From: a bacterium
GTDB taxonomy: Bacteria; Muiribacteriota; UBA6191
Length of the DNA: 20,936 nucleotides
Assembly: GCA_036339875.1 (NCBI GenBank)
Contig: JAYZAC010000106.1
Span: 1-20,936, forward strand
Direction of reading: 5' to 3'
Made by a program: the position numbers and the translations under genes. The first letter of the stretch is position 1. Each line of letters opens with the position of its first letter. Under the pieces are notes generated by a model. That model made no database searches. It had not been told where the DNA came from and saw nothing but the letters and a program-made list of their open reading frames with translations. Below, one piece after another: positions 16,689 through 20,936 of this stretch.

Positions 16689-17153
16689 TTAATCTTGAAT
16701 ACTATAAAGTGAGTTGAAAAGGTCCTGCTGTTCAGTTTGCTGCTTTAGCTTATGCAAACCAAGTACGGAATCTCTTAGGATGCGAATTGCAAAAGTAAAC
16801 ATAATTCTAGCTTCAGATGATTTATATCCGATTAGGCCGGAGGCTTTGAGATCTCTTATCCTTAGGAAGGCTTTACTTGCTAAAGCATGAGAGATTTCAA
16901 AATTCTCAATAGTAGGTGCGCTAGCCTGAATTTCAAGATAAGATTTATTAATTTCATCGCAACTCTTGCGGTATAACTGCCTATGTATGTCAAGGCTGTA
17001 TACAAGTGAATCAGTAGTCCGGAGTTGTTCAAAAGCATCAAACGCGGTACTTAAATTCAAACGTACAATACCAACACCACTACCTACACTACTTGAGTAA
17101 GTTGTAGTCAGAGTAAATAGTGTAACTAATATTATGTTTAATAATGCTTTCAC
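16689..17153 (-). CDS. Hypothetical exported helical protein
   Basis: GTG start with GGAG SD; signal-peptide-like MKALLNIILVTLFTLTTTYS. No family recognised. Confidence 0.7.
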   Translation of the reverse strand: MKALLNIILVTLFTLTTTYSSSVGSGVGIVRLNLSTAFDAFEQLRTTDSLVYSLDIHRQLYRKSCDEINKSYLEIQASAPTIENFEISHALASKAFLRIRDLKASGLIGYKSSEARIMFTFAIRILRDSVLGLHKLKQQTEQQDLFNSLYSIQD

Positions 17154-17210
17154 AAGAGGTCTCCATTTAGTTTAGCCAGAAATAATTCATGGCAAAATTT
17201 AAAGCCCTTC

Positions 17211-17238
17211 ATGTTATTGCAATTAACATATTCGTCAA
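17211..17238 (-). promoter_or_regulatory. Candidate sigma70 promoter overlapped by a palindromic operator
   Basis: Minus strand TTGACG (17238-17233), 16 nt spacer, TAACAT (17216-17211). The inverted repeat ATGTTA-N7-TAACAT covers 17211-17229. Confidence 0.4.
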
Positions 17239-17241
17239 GTC

Positions 17242-17505
17242 TTAAATATCAAAATGTTCTTTTTGAATTGAATATGATAGAAAAAAAATAGCCAAGAGCA
17301 TTAGTTCGGAGGTAATTAAAATTGAGTTTCTTGGAGAAACATAAGTAGAGATATCTTCTGAAGAAGAATATTCTATATTAGCAAAGAATTCTGGGTTGAA
17401 CTCACCCGCAGAAACAACAGATATAGCTAGAATAAACATCAGAAATAATTTAGAAATGCTCACATCACTTAAATCGGCGTAATATGATAAATGATTCACA
17501 ACCAA
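17242..17505 (-). CDS. Small hypothetical membrane protein (start may be the GTG at 17463)
   Basis: Fills the gap on the same strand as its neighbours; two hydrophobic segments (KLFLMFILAISVVSA and ILITSELMLLAIFFLSYSI). Confidence 0.5.
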   Translation of the reverse strand: MVVNHLSYYADLSDVSISKLFLMFILAISVVSAGEFNPEFFANIEYSSSEDISTYVSPRNSILITSELMLLAIFFLSYSIQKEHFDI

Positions 17506-17571
17506 TAATTGGCTAAAAAATTATCAACACAGTGAGAATCAAAGTGTGTATGAGAAAAACCTATGTGACAG

Positions 17572-17916
17572 TTAAATTGAAAATGCTTTGGAAACATCAG
17601 ATTCGTCTTCAAGAATCTCAATAATTCTATCGAATCCTAATCTTTTAAATGCCTGTTCAACTATATCATTACATCCTACTACGACGATCTTACCACCTCG
17701 TTTTAGTGCTACCTGATGTCGCTGGTATATCATACCTAAGTGAGCAGAAAGAAGAATCTCAAGGTCTTTGCAATTCAACACAATCGAATAATTAGAAGCC
17801 TCAAAACTTGATTGAAAGCACTCTTGCATATCAGCGAGGTCTGACATCTCTAATTCCCCAGTCAGACTTATAATCGAATATTCCGTTTTTGATTCCAATC
17901 TAATTTTGTTATTCAT
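17572..17916 (-). CDS. STAS-domain anti-sigma-factor antagonist (RsbV/SpoIIAA-like)
   Basis: 114 aa; IISLTGELE, IVLNCKDLE..LSAHLG, RGGKIVV and F..LGFDRII pattern; adjacent to PP2C phosphatase genes. Confidence 0.88.
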   Translation of the reverse strand: MNNKIRLESKTEYSIISLTGELEMSDLADMQECFQSSFEASNYSIVLNCKDLEILLSAHLGMIYQRHQVALKRGGKIVVVGCNDIVEQAFKRLGFDRIIEILEDESDVSKAFSI

Positions 17917-18030
17917 GTCGAATACTTTAATAGAAACCAGTTCAAAAAAACAGAATTAAAAATATCTTAAATCAATTGTTTATCAAATAATTGAATATTA
18001 ATCTCATTGAAAATGCATAAGTTGGAGGCT

Positions 18031-20613
18031 TCAGACTTTTATGATTATTGTTGTGACATCGTCATTGAGTCCTTTGTTACCTACGAAATCACTAATTGCT
18101 TGATACATAACCTTTTCAATATCTTTGGCAGGTTTGGTCTTGTGAGATTTTAGTAGTTTTTCAAGTCGCTCCTGACTAAATAAGACTTGAGACGAATTTT
18201 GTAATTCAGGAATACCATCCGTGTAAAGAAAAATAACGTCTCCAGGTTGAAGATCAATAGATTGAGTTTCAAAAATCTGCTCAGCATCTAATCCTAAAGG
18301 TATGTTTGGTCCATCAAGATAACTAATTTCACCGTGTTTATTCATGTGAATCATCATTTGATGTCCAGCAGCAACGTAATCAAGTTTTAGCTTTTCATTA
18401 ATGGTTCCCATGAAACAGGTTACAAAATGTTGATCTGAAAAACCTTCCGCTATAAGACTTTTATTAACTTTCTTAAGGATTGGACTGCTACTTTCCTGTG
18501 CAAAATAATGAATTAAACTCCGAGCACAATTGCCTACAAGTGCAGGCGCAATTCCCTTACTTGTAACATCTGCGATACTAAAAAGTATCTCATTGTTTCT
18601 TTCTATTACATTGAAAAAATCGCCGCCCAAATAACCAGCTGAGCGCATGTCTGCAGCAATTTCAATGTAATTCTTTTTAAGCTTAATTGGAGCGAGAATA
18701 CCTTGCTGTAATTGTGAGGCAATTTCATTGTCTTTTTGAATTTGCTCTAAAACTATTTGATATAACAGGGCATCTACTTGCTCTAGTAAAGTATTAATAA
18801 AACTATATACAGAAGAATCCAGATTCTTACCTAATGAAGCTTCATCAATTATAATTGTTATATGACTGGAAGGATTGTTACTTTTAAGTTCATTCAGTGT
18901 TCGTTTGTACCATAAATAGGTATTTTCCCCAAAACCAATAGTTCCACTTTTCTTGCCATCAGATAATTTAATACTAGATAAATCTAAATTTTCACCGTAT
19001 TCATAGAAATTATTCGGAGAAGATTGTCGCGCGGATTGAAAATAATATATCGCTAATCCTTTAGGAGTTATTGGAAGGCAATTGGCTATATACTCAACAA
19101 GTAATTTTAGAGTTTCATTAAGGTCTTGTTTATTAAGAATTTGGTAATTCGTCATTCTGATGAAATCTAATTGTCTAAATCGAAGACTTAATTCACTCTT
19201 CATTAGACGAAATGAGTTTTCTAAGGTCTTGATTTCATCTCCTGGCTCACTCGTTGGAAAATTCAATCTATGAAAAAGAAGGGAATCCATCCTGATTAAT
19301 TTAATATCATTGATTAACTCATATATTGGTTGTGGAAGAATCCTAAAACTTATTGCAATAACGACAGCCAGGATTAACAAACTAAACATAATAGTTATCC
19401 ATATGATTCGTTGTGCCAAATTACTTTCTGTAAATAGTAAGGAAGATTTAACACCAAAGGTAATTCTGTGATTGAAAAGAGTATTATTTTGAGTGTAATC
19501 CAAATCATTAAAAAAACTACCATCTAAACTTAGTTTCGTTGAACTTAAGATTTTGTCTAAATGTGTATTTCGCCACTCCTCTCTTGATATTGATATCAGA
19601 TGTTTGATACTAATTGAATCGTGGTATTTTTTTCGTTTGAATAACCTATCGATATTCAGTTTTAATTCATCAAAAAACAGCTTGAATTTAGGATGAATAG
19701 TACGAGGCGGTTGGTTATTATTCAGAATTAGTGAAACTTGCTCAATAAAACTGTTCGCTAATAATTTCTTGCGAAGCAGAACATAATTGAAGACCTTTGG
19801 CTCGACTACTTTACCTTCAATGTAATCTGTCAAACTTGCATCTTGGTCATGAGACCATATCAAATCATAATCAAAGCCCGACATTGAATCATTAGTATTC
19901 CAATTTGAATCTTTAGATATATTATCTTCATTTTTAAGTGAATTACCGAGTTTGTTACTTCCACCCATCCACAAGAAATAAGTATTGTCTTTTATGAAAC
20001 TATAAAACAGCATATTCCAAGGATGATTTTTACTTAATACCTTAAGAGATTCAATTTCATTGGGAGCATAAATCTTTATTGGGTGATGATCTTTAACCGA
20101 GTCATAAAATTCGCTATGAGGACGCTTGTTGCGGAGTTTCTGATTATCTATTATTGCTGAGATAGTCTCAGCAGAACAGGTTTTCAATTGAAACAATTCA
20201 GAACTATTAAATTTATCTAGATAACCTTTCTTAAATGAATCACAAATAGGCTGTAATTTTCTGTCAAAGGTGTCTGCCGTTCTCTCCAATACTATCTTTA
20301 AAGCTAAAGCGCTATCTGCTTTTAAATTAAGCCAATCATTAATTTTCTTATTTGATATCGAATTGTTTTTAATAGGAAGTTCTCTTGCCAAGATTCGGGA
20401 TAATTGAACAATTTTTGGCTTGTAGGAATCGTTATAAATTTGATCTAAACTAGCTAGAACTGATCTCTGCATTTCAGAGTAGCGTCTTTGCACCAATAGT
20501 TCACTAGATTCTTGCCATACAAAAAGAGCTCGAATCATAAATAGTATGGGAGCCGTAGTGACTAATATAAAAAATAAACTAGTCATTAAGCGTAGAGACA
20601 TTTTCGAAAACAC
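18031..20613 (-). CDS. Membrane sensor SpoIIE/RsbU-family PP2C phosphatase (TM - large extracytoplasmic domain - TM - HAMP-like - PP2C)
   Basis: Two TMs, HAMP-like PI..L...DEI..L..SF..M, then A..LQ..IL, GGDFF, ADVTSKG, AGH, PLG, LYTDG..E and DDVT motifs. GTG start 1 nt from the upstream stop. Confidence 0.9.
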   Translation of the reverse strand: MFSKMSLRLMTSLFFILVTTAPILFMIRALFVWQESSELLVQRRYSEMQRSVLASLDQIYNDSYKPKIVQLSRILARELPIKNNSISNKKINDWLNLKADSALALKIVLERTADTFDRKLQPICDSFKKGYLDKFNSSELFQLKTCSAETISAIIDNQKLRNKRPHSEFYDSVKDHHPIKIYAPNEIESLKVLSKNHPWNMLFYSFIKDNTYFLWMGGSNKLGNSLKNEDNISKDSNWNTNDSMSGFDYDLIWSHDQDASLTDYIEGKVVEPKVFNYVLLRKKLLANSFIEQVSLILNNNQPPRTIHPKFKLFFDELKLNIDRLFKRKKYHDSISIKHLISISREEWRNTHLDKILSSTKLSLDGSFFNDLDYTQNNTLFNHRITFGVKSSLLFTESNLAQRIIWITIMFSLLILAVVIAISFRILPQPIYELINDIKLIRMDSLLFHRLNFPTSEPGDEIKTLENSFRLMKSELSLRFRQLDFIRMTNYQILNKQDLNETLKLLVEYIANCLPITPKGLAIYYFQSARQSSPNNFYEYGENLDLSSIKLSDGKKSGTIGFGENTYLWYKRTLNELKSNNPSSHITIIIDEASLGKNLDSSVYSFINTLLEQVDALLYQIVLEQIQKDNEIASQLQQGILAPIKLKKNYIEIAADMRSAGYLGGDFFNVIERNNEILFSIADVTSKGIAPALVGNCARSLIHYFAQESSSPILKKVNKSLIAEGFSDQHFVTCFMGTINEKLKLDYVAAGHQMMIHMNKHGEISYLDGPNIPLGLDAEQIFETQSIDLQPGDVIFLYTDGIPELQNSSQVLFSQERLEKLLKSHKTKPAKDIEKVMYQAISDFVGNKGLNDDVTTIIIKV

Positions 20614-20614
20614 T

Positions 20615-20936
20615 TCAGCTCTCCCGACGCAAACTGATCATGGTTATGTCATCACTTGATTCGAGTCCACGAGTATATTGACCCAGACTAGATTTAATTG
20701 CATTAAGTGTGTCTATGGAACTTTTATCATTGTATTTGCTAAGTATTGTTAGCAAACGTTCTTTACCATAAAGCTCCATGTAAAGATCTTCAGCTTCGGT
20801 GACTCCATCGGTATATAGAAACAATCTGTCTCCAACTTCTATATGAGTTTCGCAGGATTCAAAGTTAGCATCAGGCATTATGCCTAGGGGAATGCCCTTA
20901 GCACTTAATTCTTCAAATGTTCCATTATTTCTGCAT
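20615..20936 (-). CDS. SpoIIE/RsbU-family PP2C phosphatase, C-terminal part (5' end outside the window)
   Basis: The frame is open to the window edge: CRNNGTFEELSAKGIPLGIMP...GDRLFLYTDGVTEA...YGKERL...DDITMI. Confidence 0.9.
   Translation of the reverse strand, partial: CRNNGTFEELSAKGIPLGIMPDANFESCETHIEVGDRLFLYTDGVTEAEDLYMELYGKERLLTILSKYNDKSSIDTLNAIKSSLGQYTRGLESSDDITMISLRRES

Noticed and set aside
17506..17571. ACACA...TGTGT inverted repeat after the STAS gene as a terminator
   Set aside because: Only a 5 bp stem with a 13 nt loop and no adjacent U-tract.
1..20936. CRISPR array, tRNA/rRNA, IS or integrase, prophage or defence system, including a 7-deazaguanine DNA-modification (dpd) cluster suggested by folE and yhhQ
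   Set aside because: No spaced direct repeats, RNA-gene signatures, transposase, nuclease or phage motifs were seen, and there are no dpdA/tgt-like or queCDE genes in the window.

Overview
AT-rich, very compact bacterial chromosomal window read with standard code 11 (TGA is used as a stop, e.g. the ATGA overlap at 7214-7217). I see no rRNA, tRNA, CRISPR array or mobile element. Left to right: (+) DUF6624-like protein, GspC-like PDZ protein, SAM O-methyltransferase; (-) a seven-gene same-strand run encoding a HEAT-TM-TPR protein, three PilV/PilW/PilX-like minor prepilins, an unknown secreted protein, a CHASE2 adenylate cyclase and folE; (+) queuosine-precursor transporter yhhQ; (-) small CxxC/CxC protein; (+) DUF1338 (HglS-like) dioxygenase and B12 methylmalonyl-CoA mutase; (-) MFS-like/spermidine-synthase fusion whose conserved N-terminus has no ATG/GTG/TTG start, two small exported or membrane proteins, a STAS anti-anti-sigma factor, and two tandem SpoIIE/PP2C phosphatases (the second cut by the window edge). 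The best candidate for a new system is the minor-pilin cluster, with an unknown protein in the PilY1 position and a linked cAMP cyclase. All family calls come from motif recognition by eye, not database searches.
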